From assembly GCA_964416155.1 (NCBI GenBank), contig CAYQCW010000001.1, positions 192,001-256,000 on the forward strand: a DNA stretch of 64,000 bases. Reading direction: 5' to 3'. The stretch comes from an uncultured Nitrososphaerota archaeon (GTDB lineage: Archaea; Thermoproteota; EX4484-205; JAAOZP01). The notes beneath the pieces are model-generated. The model saw only the letters and a program-made list of their open reading frames with translations, made no database searches and had not been told where the DNA came from. Below are positions 47,527 through 57,937 of this stretch, one piece after another (within the stretch, counting starts at the first letter, position 1; every line of letters starts with the position of its first letter). The translations under genes were made by a program, and so were the position numbers.

Positions 47527-48768
47527 GTGAGCAGCATGAGGAAAAGCAGCATCGCTAGGATTGCCGCCTTAACCATAATAATGCTGAGTGTTTTCAATTA
47601 TACTGTTAAAGCCCCTGAAAACTGGGATGCGTATTACTATAGTCTTAGGATGTTTCTCATAAACAAGGGTTCAAGCAGCTACACCCCTATTCTGGAGGAC
47701 AGGTTATTCCTGATTTTTCCAAACACTTCAACCCAAAAAACGTACATTTACGAAGCTGAACCGAGTGTCAAACGGATTTTTACGGATGAGGACGGTAATC
47801 TGCTTGCAGAACTAGATTTCCCAGAGACCATTGAACCTGGTGGAAACATTACAGTGAAAATCATAATAATGATTAACATAACCTTCAGAAGACTGCCTGA
47901 AATCTCCGTCGACTCGTCCGGAAGCTTCTCCGACATACCTGCTTCGCTCGCAAACTACACTGTTCCGAGCGGAGCGTGGACATATGAAGATGAAGGCTTG
48001 AAGTATATAGCTGACCTTGCTGCCCAGATCAAAGGGAACGATACGAATATCCTCCGGGTAGTTTCTAAAATGGTTGAGTACATAGGGCGTAGAGTTACGT
48101 ATCCTGAAGGGGAGAAACTAAGACCACCCCAGTATCCTAACCAGACGCTGCCTACAACTGGTGAAACCGGCCGGGGAGACTGCGACGACCAGTCTACACT
48201 CCTAGTAACCATGCTTAGATCAGTCGGAATACCCGCCTATCTTCAAACCGGGGGGGTGGTTTCACCCTCATACAGCGTCAAAGGGGAAACGTGGGGCGGA
48301 CACTTAACCTTGGTTTCAAAAGGAGTAGGATGGCACGGGTGGGTTGAAGCCTACATTCCGCCATGGGGCTGGCTCCCCGTGGACATAACCTATGGGTATT
48401 ATTATCGCCGCCAAGACTCCTTGTCGTCAATAAAGTATTCAGCCTCAGCCCGCGAGCTTATGCTTGAATCCGAGAGATATTCGTCAAAAGATTTTGTGGC
48501 AGAGTATTTAAAGACGAAGGAAAGAATTATGGGCAGCAGTATCTTCATACGCATGGAGGAAGAGGTTTACGAAGCGCCTTTTCCCGATAATGTTTCTCCA
48601 CAGGCAGAGCAGCCTTGGGGAAAGGTGCCGCAGGCACTATTGTTTCCAATCTTGGCAGGGTGCATAGTTGTGCTTACTATTTTATTCTTGCTGAGGCTAG
48701 CAAGCCCCAAGTTTAAGGGAACAAGGGCTGAAACATTGGTTTCGAAGCTTAATCGCACACGCCTGTGA
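47527..48768 (+). CDS. Secreted or anchored transglutaminase-like domain protein
   Basis: Signal peptide, GDCDDQS...LRSVGIPA, HGWVE, W.PVD triad, C-terminal TM. Confidence 0.88.
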   Translation: MSSMRKSSIARIAALTIIMLSVFNYTVKAPENWDAYYYSLRMFLINKGSSSYTPILEDRLFLIFPNTSTQKTYIYEAEPSVKRIFTDEDGNLLAELDFPETIEPGGNITVKIIIMINITFRRLPEISVDSSGSFSDIPASLANYTVPSGAWTYEDEGLKYIADLAAQIKGNDTNILRVVSKMVEYIGRRVTYPEGEKLRPPQYPNQTLPTTGETGRGDCDDQSTLLVTMLRSVGIPAYLQTGGVVSPSYSVKGETWGGHLTLVSKGVGWHGWVEAYIPPWGWLPVDITYGYYYRRQDSLSSIKYSASARELMLESERYSSKDFVAEYLKTKERIMGSSIFIRMEEEVYEAPFPDNVSPQAEQPWGKVPQALLFPILAGCIVVLTILFLLRLASPKFKGTRAETLVSKLNRTRL

Positions 48769-48814
48769 TGAGAGAAATAGGTTTAAATCATCCCTCTAAA
48801 GCATATATTTCTCG

Positions 48815-49045
48815 TTGCCGGGTAAGAAATCAGAGTGGATAGGCATACTCCTACTCACGGTAGCCCTATTCGGAGGGATGATGTTTTTCAAGGAGACGGT
48901 CTATTTTCTCACATTAACAATCCTCCTGTTAACGATTATGGTTACATATATTTTATTTAACTCTAGAAGGAAGAATTCTTTTAAGAAGCCTGGTGAAAAA
49001 CCTGAGCAGGAGAATAAGGCCAGCCCAAGCCAGGATGTCGAGTAA
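48815..49045 (+). CDS. Small two-TM membrane protein
   Basis: Hydrophobic hairpin plus charged tail; TTTAAA at 48782. Confidence 0.55.
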   Translation: MPGKKSEWIGILLLTVALFGGMMFFKETVYFLTLTILLLTIMVTYILFNSRRKNSFKKPGEKPEQENKASPSQDVE

Positions 49046-49255
49046 AAGGAATAGGGGGTCAAGCTTAACCTCAACGTATTTCGCAACCTTAACGTCTATA
49101 ATCTGCGTTAGAAAGGGAAGGGGAAGACCGTTTTTAACATAGTGGTGGGATTCTGATGGGCTGTAGAGCCCGATTAACCCTGTTGCCAAGGTTAAAACAA
49201 GCGCTTTCAGAAGCAGCCCGACTGTTTCTCTAAGCCTTACTGCACTCTTTTCCAA
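48953..49255 (-). CDS. Small membrane protein
   Basis: Two TM segments with a GLPLPF loop; 3' end overlaps the convergent gene. Confidence 0.5.
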   Translation of the reverse strand: MEKSAVRLRETVGLLLKALVLTLATGLIGLYSPSESHHYVKNGLPLPFLTQIIDVKVAKYVEVKLDPLFLLLDILAWAGLILLLRFFTRLLKRILPSRVK

Positions 49256-49290
49256 AGCATTAAATTTGAAAAACGCGAAGAATATTAATC

Positions 49291-50157
49291 TTGCGAAACA
49301 GTGTAAGGAGGCAGGGAATGGTGTTTGAGGATGAGCTTAGGAAAACCGGCAGTATGAGCAGGGATGAAACGGTCAGGCTTTGCGAAGAGGCTTTTGAAAA
49401 ACTGGGTGCTGAGCCGCCAGTCTTAAGGCTGAATTACGAAAAAATCCTGGTTATTGGCGACCTTCACGGGGACTTAGAGTCGTGTGTAAATGCTCTGCGC
49501 CTCGCTAGGCTTAGCGAAGCCAAGGCTGTTTTTCTCGGAGACTATGTTGACAGGGGGCCGCATCAGAGTAGCGTTATAAACCTTCTCTTACAGATGAAAG
49601 CCTATAATCCTGATTCAATATTCCTCTTGAGGGGAAACCATGAAACACCTTCGATGAATTTTTCATACGGTTTTCTAAATCTTCTCGCAAGAAGGTTTGG
49701 AAAAGACTATGAGAAGGTTTACGAAGCATATTTGAAAGTTTTCTCGGAAATGCCTTTGGCTGGGATAGTTAACAACAGGATAATGCTGGTTCACGGAGGG
49801 CTCGCCAAGGGGCTTGAAAGAATCGAGGAGCTTGAAAAAGCCGGTAAAGGAGGACTTGAACCTGAAGACAAAAAGGTTTTCGAAACACTCTGGAACGATC
49901 CCTCTGAAGACGTTGAAGAATTCTCGTACAACCCTAGGGGACGGGGGATCCACTGTTTCGGCGGAAAGGCTCTTGAAAGATTTCTGAGGAACAATGGCCT
50001 TAGAATGATGGTGAGGAGCCATGAGCCCGTCCCGCAGGGTTACCGTATTCTTTTCAACGGGCTCTTAATAACCGTCTTTTCCTGCAGGTTCTACAAAGTG
50101 GAGCCTAAGGCATTAGAATTGAAAGATGGAGAATACTTTTTAAAAAACTTAGAATAG
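49291..50157 (+). CDS. PPP family Ser/Thr protein phosphatase
   Basis: GDLHG, GDYVDRG, LRGNHE, VHGG, LWNDP, RSHE, TVFS. Confidence 0.93.
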   Translation: MRNSVRRQGMVFEDELRKTGSMSRDETVRLCEEAFEKLGAEPPVLRLNYEKILVIGDLHGDLESCVNALRLARLSEAKAVFLGDYVDRGPHQSSVINLLLQMKAYNPDSIFLLRGNHETPSMNFSYGFLNLLARRFGKDYEKVYEAYLKVFSEMPLAGIVNNRIMLVHGGLAKGLERIEELEKAGKGGLEPEDKKVFETLWNDPSEDVEEFSYNPRGRGIHCFGGKALERFLRNNGLRMMVRSHEPVPQGYRILFNGLLITVFSCRFYKVEPKALELKDGEYFLKNLE

Positions 50158-50243
50158 AAGGATACGCGACTCCAAGCTAGAGAGACTTGATTGTTGCAAA
50201 CGGCTTCAAGCCTGCGAGACTTAGTTAAGCTTATAAATATGGG

Positions 50244-50597
50244 TTGAAGCAACATGCCGAAATGAGCTCTGAAATAAGCATGGATGACTTCAAGAAGGTT
50301 AAGATGATTGTTGGAACAATAGTGTCTGCTGAGAAGGTTAAGGGTTCTGAAAAGCTTCTGAAGCTTCAGGTAAGCCTAGGAGGAAACGTTGTGAAACAGT
50401 CGGTGGCAGGCCTAGGAGCATTCTATGCTCCGGAGCAACTCGTCGGGAAACAATACGTTTTCGTGACTAACCTTAAGCCGGCTGTCTTAATGGGGCAGGT
50501 TTCTGAAGTAATGATTCTTGCAGCCGTCGAAGGAAAGAGCAGGGTAGCGTTAGTATGCCCCGACAGCAGGATTTCAGACGGCTCTCCCGTAACATAA
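50244..50597 (+). CDS. tRNA-binding OB-fold protein (Trbp111/CsaA/MetRS C-terminal-like)
   Basis: DDF.KV...VG.I, KLL.LQV.LG, NLKP..LMG..SE.MIL. Confidence 0.9.
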   Translation: MKQHAEMSSEISMDDFKKVKMIVGTIVSAEKVKGSEKLLKLQVSLGGNVVKQSVAGLGAFYAPEQLVGKQYVFVTNLKPAVLMGQVSEVMILAAVEGKSRVALVCPDSRISDGSPVT

Positions 50598-50605
50598 GGC
50601 TTACG

Positions 50606-51661
50606 CTAGGCTTTCATTATTCGGTATCCGGCTGCTTTCCTAAGCCTGTTCTGTATAGCCATGCCGATGCCTTCTTCAGGAAAGCCCTCAGCCACTATAA
50701 TATCCGGGTTCATCCTGTCAAGGCTCCTCAGAGCCGAATAGATCCTTCTCGCCACAAGGTCAAGCCTATTCCTCTGGGCAAGCACCTCCAGAATGACTCC
50801 TGCAGGCAATCGGCGAGCAGTCTCCTCTGAAACCATGCATCCGACTTTCAAACCAGATTTCAAGTATTCCTCAACCGTTTCAACTATTTTTGCAACCTTC
50901 TTCTCATAATCGTCTCCCTCAACGACAATCATATCTGCCTTGGGAGCATAGTGCCTGTACTTCATGCCGGGAGAGGCTGGAATCCCTTCGAAACCTCCGG
51001 ACAATATTGAAGGATGAACCTCAACATCGCCAAGGTATTTCCTGAGGGTCTCGAGAGGAATGGGGCCCGGCCTGAGTATGACGGACCTGTTCTCAGATAT
51101 CTGGATAACAGTCGACTCTACCCCTATGAATGTTTCACCAGCGTCAATTATCATGTCTATCGAGCCGTTTAAATCCTCATACACGTCCTTAGCGTTAGTT
51201 GGGCTGGGCCTCCCTGAAAGATTAGCGCTCGGAGCAGCTATCGGAGAGCTCAAGTGCTCTATCAATCCTAAAGCAACATTGTGAGCAGGCATTCGTACAG
51301 CAACCGTTTCAAGACTCGCTGACACAGCTGAAGGGATTTTTCGAGACCTAGGGACAACAATGGTCAACGGACCGGGCCAGAGTTCCCCGACCAGTTTCTC
51401 AGCCTTACGAGGGACGCTGGTTGAAACATCGTTAAGCATCTCCATGCTCGAGACATGCACTATAACAGGGTTGTCAAGGGGCCTCTTCTTGGCTCTGAAT
51501 ATTTTCAGAACAGCGTTCTCGTTGAAAGCGTCAGCCCCCAAGCCGTATACGGTCTCGGTTGGGAAGGCTACGAGTCCACCTGACTTTAGTACTGCCGCAG
51601 CCTCCTGAAGCACCTTCCCAGAGGGACGATGCTTATCCGTCTTCAGAACTCTTGTCAGCAA
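50606..51661 (-). CDS. sua5: Threonylcarbamoyl-AMP synthase Sua5
   Basis: FPTETVYGLGA, K.RP.DNP.IVH, WPGPLT, APSANLSG, PGMKYRHYAP, NRL.KA. Confidence 0.97.
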   Translation of the reverse strand: MLTRVLKTDKHRPSGKVLQEAAAVLKSGGLVAFPTETVYGLGADAFNENAVLKIFRAKKRPLDNPVIVHVSSMEMLNDVSTSVPRKAEKLVGELWPGPLTIVVPRSRKIPSAVSASLETVAVRMPAHNVALGLIEHLSSPIAAPSANLSGRPSPTNAKDVYEDLNGSIDMIIDAGETFIGVESTVIQISENRSVILRPGPIPLETLRKYLGDVEVHPSILSGGFEGIPASPGMKYRHYAPKADMIVVEGDDYEKKVAKIVETVEEYLKSGLKVGCMVSEETARRLPAGVILEVLAQRNRLDLVARRIYSALRSLDRMNPDIIVAEGFPEEGIGMAIQNRLRKAAGYRIMKA

Positions 51662-51812
51662 CCAGGTTATATGAACAGCTTAGCCAGTTAATAACATTTT
51701 TAGAAGAAAATGTTCTTTAAAAACCACCAGGAATACGCCTTGATGGAGCTAAAAACAATATAGTCCAGCAAGACGAAAGAAATTTAAAAGAGGTTTAACC
51801 AGATAGTGGGAA

Positions 51813-52357
51813 TTGAATGTTGAAATAGTTAGCCTCAAAGAAGAAAATCTGGTTGAAGCCCCAGAATTTGAGGAGTATCCTTTCAGCTGCAAGTACTGCA
51901 TATACTGGGAGCTTCCGGAAGAGTTCGAAGCCCCTTTTAAGGAGAGTAAGGAAGAACTGATGGTTAAGAAGCTTAATTGGCTAATAAGAGTGAGAAACGT
52001 ATTCGACGATTGTGGAAAGATAATTTACGTGGACAGGAAACCCGTCGGCTACGCACAGTATGCTCCTCCGAAAATGCTTCCACGTTCAGCAGAGTACTCA
52101 TCGGGACCATCCAGTGAGGATGCGGTACTAGTCTCATGCCTCTTCATTGCTCAGAAGGAATACAGGGGGTTGGGGCTTGGGAATCAACTTCTTCAAAGCA
52201 TAATTGAAGACTTAAAAGAGGGGTAAAAGCAGTTGAAACCTTCGCTAGAAAAAATAATCCTAACAATCCGTCTGGCCCGATGGAGTTTTACCTGAAAAAC
52301 GGGTTCAGGGTTCTCAGGGATGACCCGGAGTTTCCATTAATGAGACTAGAACTATAG
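51813..52357 (+). pseudogene. GNAT acetyltransferase split by a single frameshift
   Basis: C.YC.YWE and YRGLGLG, then a stop at 52226. The -1 frame continues RGVKAVETFARKNNPNNPSGPMEFYLKNGF...LMRLEL* to 52357. Confidence 0.75.
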
Positions 52358-52539
52358 GGGCAACAACATTTTCTGCAAGCATACGCCGAATACTTTTTTA
52401 GCTTAGCCTTCAATTTCCAATTTCGGCCTATGGAAAAAGCATGCTTACTCAGGATAAATAAGGTTCGAGCAGCCGGTTTTGAAAAAGGTTTTTAGGTTTA
52501 AATGCAGCTTAGCCAACAACGTAACCGGCGTTAAACCGG

Positions 52540-52746
52540 ATGAGGGTGAGAGTGTTCATACAGAGGCTTCGCGAAAACAAGGTTCTAGATTTGGAAGAGA
52601 ATAGTAGAGTTGAAGATCTTCTTAAAACTCTAGGCATAAGCCCGTCTGAAGTGGTCCCGGTTAAAAACGGGGTTATCGTCACTGAGAAGGAGCTTCTAAT
52701 AGAAGGGGACGAGGTTAGGCTGCTTAGCGTCGTCTCAGGTGGTTGA
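52540..52746 (+). CDS. Ubiquitin-like sulfur carrier (TtuB/SAMP, MoaD/ThiS family)
   Basis: 68 aa ending VVSGG; immediately upstream of a TtuA-like gene. Confidence 0.9.
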   Translation: MRVRVFIQRLRENKVLDLEENSRVEDLLKTLGISPSEVVPVKNGVIVTEKELLIEGDEVRLLSVVSGG

Positions 52747-52749
52747 AAC

Positions 52750-53688
52750 ATGGCCTGTGAAGACTGCGAGAACAGGGCTGTCTACATTTCTTTGAGTGGA
52801 AGAAGCCTCTGCAGCAAGCATTTTAAAAAGTATTTTGAGAAAAAAGTCATGCGGACAATTAAGAAGCAGGGCTTAATCGAATACGGGGAAAGAGTTCTCG
52901 TAGCCTGCTCAGGAGGCAAGGACAGCACAGCCCTACTAGGCTTCCTCTGGAGACTTATGAAGAATAAGCGTGAAAACATTGCTGCGATAGCTGTCGACGA
53001 GGGAATAAGCGGGTACAGGGATGTGAAGCTCAACGGGCTTGTGGAATTCTGCGAGAAAAACAATATACCTCTGCACACGTACTCGTTCAAGGAGGAGTAT
53101 GGTTTCACACTAGACGAGGCTGTTAAAATATCTAGGGAGAACAGCCTTAAAATAAAGCCATGCTATATTTGCGGAGTCCTCCGGAGGAGTCTGATAAACA
53201 CTTACGCGAAGAAGCTTGGCTTCTCGAAGGTTGCTACAGGCCACAATCTGGATGATGAGGCTCAGACGATTCTTATGAACCATCTAAAGGGGAACCCGTC
53301 GCTCCTGGCTAGGCTTGGCCCCAAGACGGGTATTGTTGAAGACGAGGGGTTCGTCCAAAGGGTTAAGCCGTTCTACTTCTGCACTGAGAAGGAAGACGCT
53401 ATTTACGCGATCCTAACAGGTATTGAAGTAGACTTCGTGGAATGCTCTTACCATGTTGAGAACTACAGGCTCGAGATAAGGGACTTCCTGAACAGGCTTG
53501 ACTCGATTATACCCGGGGTTAAGCACAGCCTTGTAAACAATTTCCTCGAGATGCTTCCGCTCCTGAAAAGGGAATACTCTGCCCGCGGCATAGGGCGGTG
53601 CAGGGTTTGCGAAAGCCCTTCGGCGGGAGAAGTCTGCAGAGCATGCATGGTCGTGGAGAAAATAAAGCCGTTTCTAGCGGGAATTTGA
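52750..53688 (+). CDS. tRNA 2-thiolation sulfurtransferase TtuA/NcsA (TIGR00269)
   Basis: N-terminal CxxC..C..H, SGGKDS PP-loop, CYICGVLRR, GHNLDD, C-terminal zinc finger. Confidence 0.93.
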   Translation: MACEDCENRAVYISLSGRSLCSKHFKKYFEKKVMRTIKKQGLIEYGERVLVACSGGKDSTALLGFLWRLMKNKRENIAAIAVDEGISGYRDVKLNGLVEFCEKNNIPLHTYSFKEEYGFTLDEAVKISRENSLKIKPCYICGVLRRSLINTYAKKLGFSKVATGHNLDDEAQTILMNHLKGNPSLLARLGPKTGIVEDEGFVQRVKPFYFCTEKEDAIYAILTGIEVDFVECSYHVENYRLEIRDFLNRLDSIIPGVKHSLVNNFLEMLPLLKREYSARGIGRCRVCESPSAGEVCRACMVVEKIKPFLAGI

Positions 53689-53691
53689 ACC

Positions 53692-53970
53692 TTGAACCCT
53701 GAGGCAGCCCGGTCTATGTTTATCTTTCCGGAGAACAGGCTTAGGCTCGCGTATCTGCTCAGGAGGAACGGTTTCAAGGTTAGGATGCACGGCTACGAGT
53801 ATCTGGTTGCCTACGGCAGCATGTTTCTATGCTTAATACTTCTCCAGCCTTCGGACGGCACTGTCTTAATCAGAGAGTTTAAATGGATAGAGGGATCCGG
53901 TAGGCTGGTTGAGAGAATAGTCGGACTGATTAAAACGCTGGACGCAGCGTCAAGAGTAATAGTATACTAG
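53692..53970 (+). CDS. Hypothetical protein
   Basis: 92 aa ORF tightly coupled within the operon. Confidence 0.55.
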   Translation: MNPEAARSMFIFPENRLRLAYLLRRNGFKVRMHGYEYLVAYGSMFLCLILLQPSDGTVLIREFKWIEGSGRLVERIVGLIKTLDAASRVIVY

Positions 53971-54012
53971 GCAGGCAACCTTTTTAAACCTTGCCTGCAG
54001 CTCAAACCCCAT

Positions 54013-55446
54013 ATGCAGAACCTGGAGAAGCCGATGCTTCTAGACACCACTTTGCGAGAGGGTCTTCAAACCCCTGGAGTATACTTCACGCTCGAGGAGA
54101 GGATTACGATAATGAGGGAGCTCGACAAGTCCGGCATAGAGCTTATTGAAATAGGATCCCCCTACACTGGTGAGGGCGAGAGAAGGATCGTGACGGAGCT
54201 GAGCCGTGTAGAGACAAGAGCTCTTAAAGCAGCCCATTGCAGGGCTTTAGAGACGGATGTTGATACTGTTCCAGACGGTGTTGACTGGGTAGCTCTCTAC
54301 CTTTCTCCCGCCGACAGGCATCTGGAAGCAAAATTTGAAAAAATAGCTGACAAGAGGGGGCTTGTCCTCACCCAAGTTCCAAGGGCCATCAGGTATGCGA
54401 AGAACAGGGGTTACAGGGTGAGGTACACGGCTGAAGACGCTTTCAGAGCAGACCCAGGCTTCCTGAAACAGGTTGTTGAGAAAGCTATTGAGGCGGGTGC
54501 TGACTCTATTAGTCTACCCGATACTTCAGGAGGTGCCTCGCCTACAGATGTTAGAAGAGTCTACGGGGAGATAAGCAGGATTATAAGGGATAAAAACCAC
54601 CGCAGCCTGATGGAAGCCCATTTTCACAACGACATGGGTATGGCTCTCGCGAACACCATAGAGGCCTGGACGAGCGGGGCAAAGATACTCCATGGGTCGA
54701 TGAATTGGCTGGGAGAGCGGGCTGGGATACCGGATACGCTCATCCTAGCAACATGGATGAAAATCAAATATGGGTATGAGTATGACTTGGCGAGTCTCAC
54801 CAGGCTTGCAGAATATGTGGAGAAGGTTTCAGGGATCAACGTACCTCCGAACAATCCTGTTTCCGGAAGAAACGTTTTCACTCATACTGCGGGCACTCAT
54901 CAGAAGGCGGCTTTCAGAGACCCTTTAACATACCAGCCTTTCGACGCGAGCATGGTGGGCAGGGAAAGCAACTTCGCCCTTGGACACATGGTTGGAAGCG
55001 AAGGGGTTAAAGCAGCCTTGAAGAAGAGGGGTGTTAAGATCGACAGGCTTGAGGAGAAAGTGTTCGAAGAGATAAGGGACAGGGTTAAGTCAGCATATCT
55101 TCTTCACGGCAGGGGAGCCTCAGCCATGGAGAACATAATAATAGCGGAAGTGTTGAACAGGACTGGAGTAGTCAAGGTAACTCTTCCGGAGAGCATTTCA
55201 GCGCAAATACTAATCGATGTTGAGAGCATGGGGGATAAGGATTTCGAGGATTTCTGTAGAGAGCTGCTTGCGAGAAACCGGAGTGTTACTGAGATAATTG
55301 AAATATGGGGCTCATCCTTCGACTATATGGCTATGGTTGACAGTGTTCCAAGTTTGAAAGAACTGGACACTATTGTTAACAGTTTCAGAAGAGCCGAAGG
55401 AGTTTTGAAGACAGAAACCCTGATAACTGGGAAAAAGATAAGATAA
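54013..55446 (+). CDS. Homocitrate synthase-like enzyme with C-terminal RAM (Lrp-type ligand-binding) domain
   Basis: LDTTLREGLQTPG, AEDAFR, HFHNDMG, GERAGI, HTAGTH; tail EI.EIWGS.FDY...V...GV.KTETL. Confidence 0.85.
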   Translation: MQNLEKPMLLDTTLREGLQTPGVYFTLEERITIMRELDKSGIELIEIGSPYTGEGERRIVTELSRVETRALKAAHCRALETDVDTVPDGVDWVALYLSPADRHLEAKFEKIADKRGLVLTQVPRAIRYAKNRGYRVRYTAEDAFRADPGFLKQVVEKAIEAGADSISLPDTSGGASPTDVRRVYGEISRIIRDKNHRSLMEAHFHNDMGMALANTIEAWTSGAKILHGSMNWLGERAGIPDTLILATWMKIKYGYEYDLASLTRLAEYVEKVSGINVPPNNPVSGRNVFTHTAGTHQKAAFRDPLTYQPFDASMVGRESNFALGHMVGSEGVKAALKKRGVKIDRLEEKVFEEIRDRVKSAYLLHGRGASAMENIIIAEVLNRTGVVKVTLPESISAQILIDVESMGDKDFEDFCRELLARNRSVTEIIEIWGSSFDYMAMVDSVPSLKELDTIVNSFRRAEGVLKTETLITGKKIR

Positions 55447-56062
55447 TGTCTCGAGTCAGAATCATCGACATTACTTGGAAACCTTCAAGCAAGCATCTCC
55501 ATAAGTGTTTAGCTCCCATGCCTTCTAGAAAACATAGGAAAGGCTTGAATACTTGAAGGATGCGATTCCAAGAGGCTTTCATAAGAAGATTCTACTGTTT
55601 GGCGGTAGTGTCGCGGGTCAGATAGAATACGCGCCTTCAGAAGCCTCAGGCTACCCTATATCTGGTGAAAACATAGTTGTGGTGAACCGCATACGGGTTT
55701 TAAGGAAAGCCGAGGTTACATGGTTTCGGAAAGCTCATTTTAAACAGCATGATTTAAAGCGAGAAAAAAAGGCTTCAGGGTTCGCAACCATAGGGTTGGA
55801 GGGACACTGGAACCCATGGTTCAGGAGGGAGCACATGGAGCAACCCGGCTTCAAATCCGTTGATTCATCAGGGTTAGGCACGCGGTGAAGCATACTGGGC
55901 GACGCTTCAAAAATACACTTAATGCGGCTTAACTGTCGAGAACGCGAGCCCCCGAAGCGGGATACGCAGAAGCTTCTTAGAGTTGTAAGCTTCTGTCTAG
56001 CACATCCTCTTTACAATCCGGAAGGATTGGGGATCGAAGAAATTTTAAGGTTTAGCTATTGA
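55446..56062 (+). pseudogene. Multiply frameshifted GNAT acetyltransferase
   Basis: MSRVRIIDIT..KCLAPMP / EYLKDAIPRGFHKKIL..GQIEYAP..GYPI / GFATI.LE.HW.PWF fragments in shifting frames, ending HPLY.PE...*. Confidence 0.65.
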
Positions 56063-56116
56063 AAGCGTTTTTATTTTGATTCGCAAAACTTATTATGAAA
56101 AAGGTTAAATCAGACG

Positions 56117-56629
56117 TTGAACAATCTTCTCAACATGCTCATCGGTCTGATAAGCGATACCCACGACTATTTGAAGATGATCGAGAAAGCAGTAGCATTC
56201 TTCAACGATAGGAACGTGGATATGGTTCTTCACGCCGGGGACGTCATAAGCCCTTTCACCGCTAGAAAATTTAAGGAGTGTAGGTCAAAGCTTATACTCG
56301 TGTACGGGAATAACGATGGCGATAGGAGTAATCTTCAAAGAGTCTTCTCGGAAATGGGTGCCCAGTTCTACTGGCCTGCTGCAATACTTGAGCTGGAAGG
56401 CAGAAGAGTACTTGTCCTACACGGCGAGGACCTGAAGCTCGTCGAGGAAATCGCCACTAGAAACATGTTCGACCTAATAGTCTCGGGACATACTCATGAG
56501 CCGAGTGTAAGTAGAATTGGCGGAACACTCTGGGTTAACCCTGGTGAGACATGTGGATACTTAACTGGAAGATCAACAGTAGCGCTATACGATTCCTCCA
56601 CCCATGAAGCAGAAATAGTTGAAGTTTAA
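56117..56629 (+). CDS. MJ0936/YfcE family metallophosphoesterase
   Basis: ISDTHD, HAGD, GNND, LHG, GHTH, NPGE. Confidence 0.93.
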   Translation: MNNLLNMLIGLISDTHDYLKMIEKAVAFFNDRNVDMVLHAGDVISPFTARKFKECRSKLILVYGNNDGDRSNLQRVFSEMGAQFYWPAAILELEGRRVLVLHGEDLKLVEEIATRNMFDLIVSGHTHEPSVSRIGGTLWVNPGETCGYLTGRSTVALYDSSTHEAEIVEV

Positions 56630-56670
56630 GGTAAAATTTTATATAAAGGGCCTTAGAATGAGGCTGGGAA

Positions 56671-57933
56671 TTGGGAGAGACCATAGTTCAGAAGCTGTTC
56701 AGAAACAGGCTTGCCAGAGCCGTTAAGCCTGGTGAAATAGTAGTCGTGGACATAGACTTGGCTTACGCTCACGACGGGACAGGGCCTCTGGCGATAGATG
56801 CTTTTCACGAGCTGGGTTCAAAAAGGGTTCACGACCCCTCCAGGATAAGGTTCGTCATAGATCATGCTTCCCCAAGTCCGAACGATGGGGCTTCAAACCT
56901 CCAGCTTAAGCTCCGGGGATTCGCCAAGGAGAACAACATAAAGACGTATGAGGTTGGAGAAGGGATCTGCCACCAGGTTATACCTGAAAACGAGAGTCTT
57001 AAGCCAGGCATGTTCATAGTTGGTGCTGACTCTCACACCGTAACCCTAGGCGCATTCAGCCTTTTCGCAACAGGAATAGGCTCGACGGACTTCGCGGAAG
57101 TAATGACCTCTGGAAAACTCTGGTTCAAAGTGCCGGAGGCTATGAGGGTCACTTTAAACGGAGGCTTCAAGCCAGGGGTAATGTCTAAGGATTTGATCCT
57201 GAGGATAATAGGAGACGTTGGTGCAGATGGTGCAACCTACATGAGTACAGAGTTTCATGGGGAGGGTGTGAAAACACTGTCAATGGCCAGCAGGATGACG
57301 GTTTGCAACATGGTCGTCGAGATGGGGGCCAAGAACGGCGTCTTCCCATTGGACGAGGTAACTATGAAGCATGTTGATACGAGTAGTTTAAAAAACAAGA
57401 GTGTTTTCAAGCCTGACGAGGATGCCGAGTATGCTATGAGCCTCAGCTACCGGCTTGACGAGCTTGAACCATTGGTGGCAGCACCCCATAATGTTGACAA
57501 CGTTAAGCCCGTTAAGGAGCTTGAGGGGTTGGAGGTGAACCAGGTTTTCATAGGCTCGTGCACCAATGGGAGGGAGGAGGATTTCGAAACAGCTGCGAGA
57601 ATACTTTCAAAAAAGGGTGTTAAGAAGGGGGTCAGGTGCATCGCGATACCCGCCTCCAGGAGGGTCTTCCTAAACCTGCTTAGAAACGGGATTATAGACA
57701 AGCTTGTTTCAGCAGGATGCACAGTGACCCATAGCACATGCGGCCCATGCCTAGGAGTCCATTTCGGAATACTCGGGTCGGGGGAGGTGGCTGTCTCAGC
57801 CTCCAATAGGAACTTCAAGGGCAGAATGGGAAACCCTGAGTCAAGCATATACTTGGCAAGCCCAGCGACAGCCGCGGCTTCAGCCGCCGAAGGAGTTATA
57901 ACAGACCCCAGGAAGTTTACCGGGGGATGGTAG
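56671..57933 (+). CDS. 3-isopropylmalate dehydratase/homoaconitase large subunit
   Basis: HDGT, DH, GICHQ, GADSHT, GSCTNGR, CGPC.G, SNRNF.GRMG. Confidence 0.95.
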   Translation: MGETIVQKLFRNRLARAVKPGEIVVVDIDLAYAHDGTGPLAIDAFHELGSKRVHDPSRIRFVIDHASPSPNDGASNLQLKLRGFAKENNIKTYEVGEGICHQVIPENESLKPGMFIVGADSHTVTLGAFSLFATGIGSTDFAEVMTSGKLWFKVPEAMRVTLNGGFKPGVMSKDLILRIIGDVGADGATYMSTEFHGEGVKTLSMASRMTVCNMVVEMGAKNGVFPLDEVTMKHVDTSSLKNKSVFKPDEDAEYAMSLSYRLDELEPLVAAPHNVDNVKPVKELEGLEVNQVFIGSCTNGREEDFETAARILSKKGVKKGVRCIAIPASRRVFLNLLRNGIIDKLVSAGCTVTHSTCGPCLGVHFGILGSGEVAVSASNRNFKGRMGNPESSIYLASPATAAASAAEGVITDPRKFTGGW

Positions 57934-57937
57934 GAAG

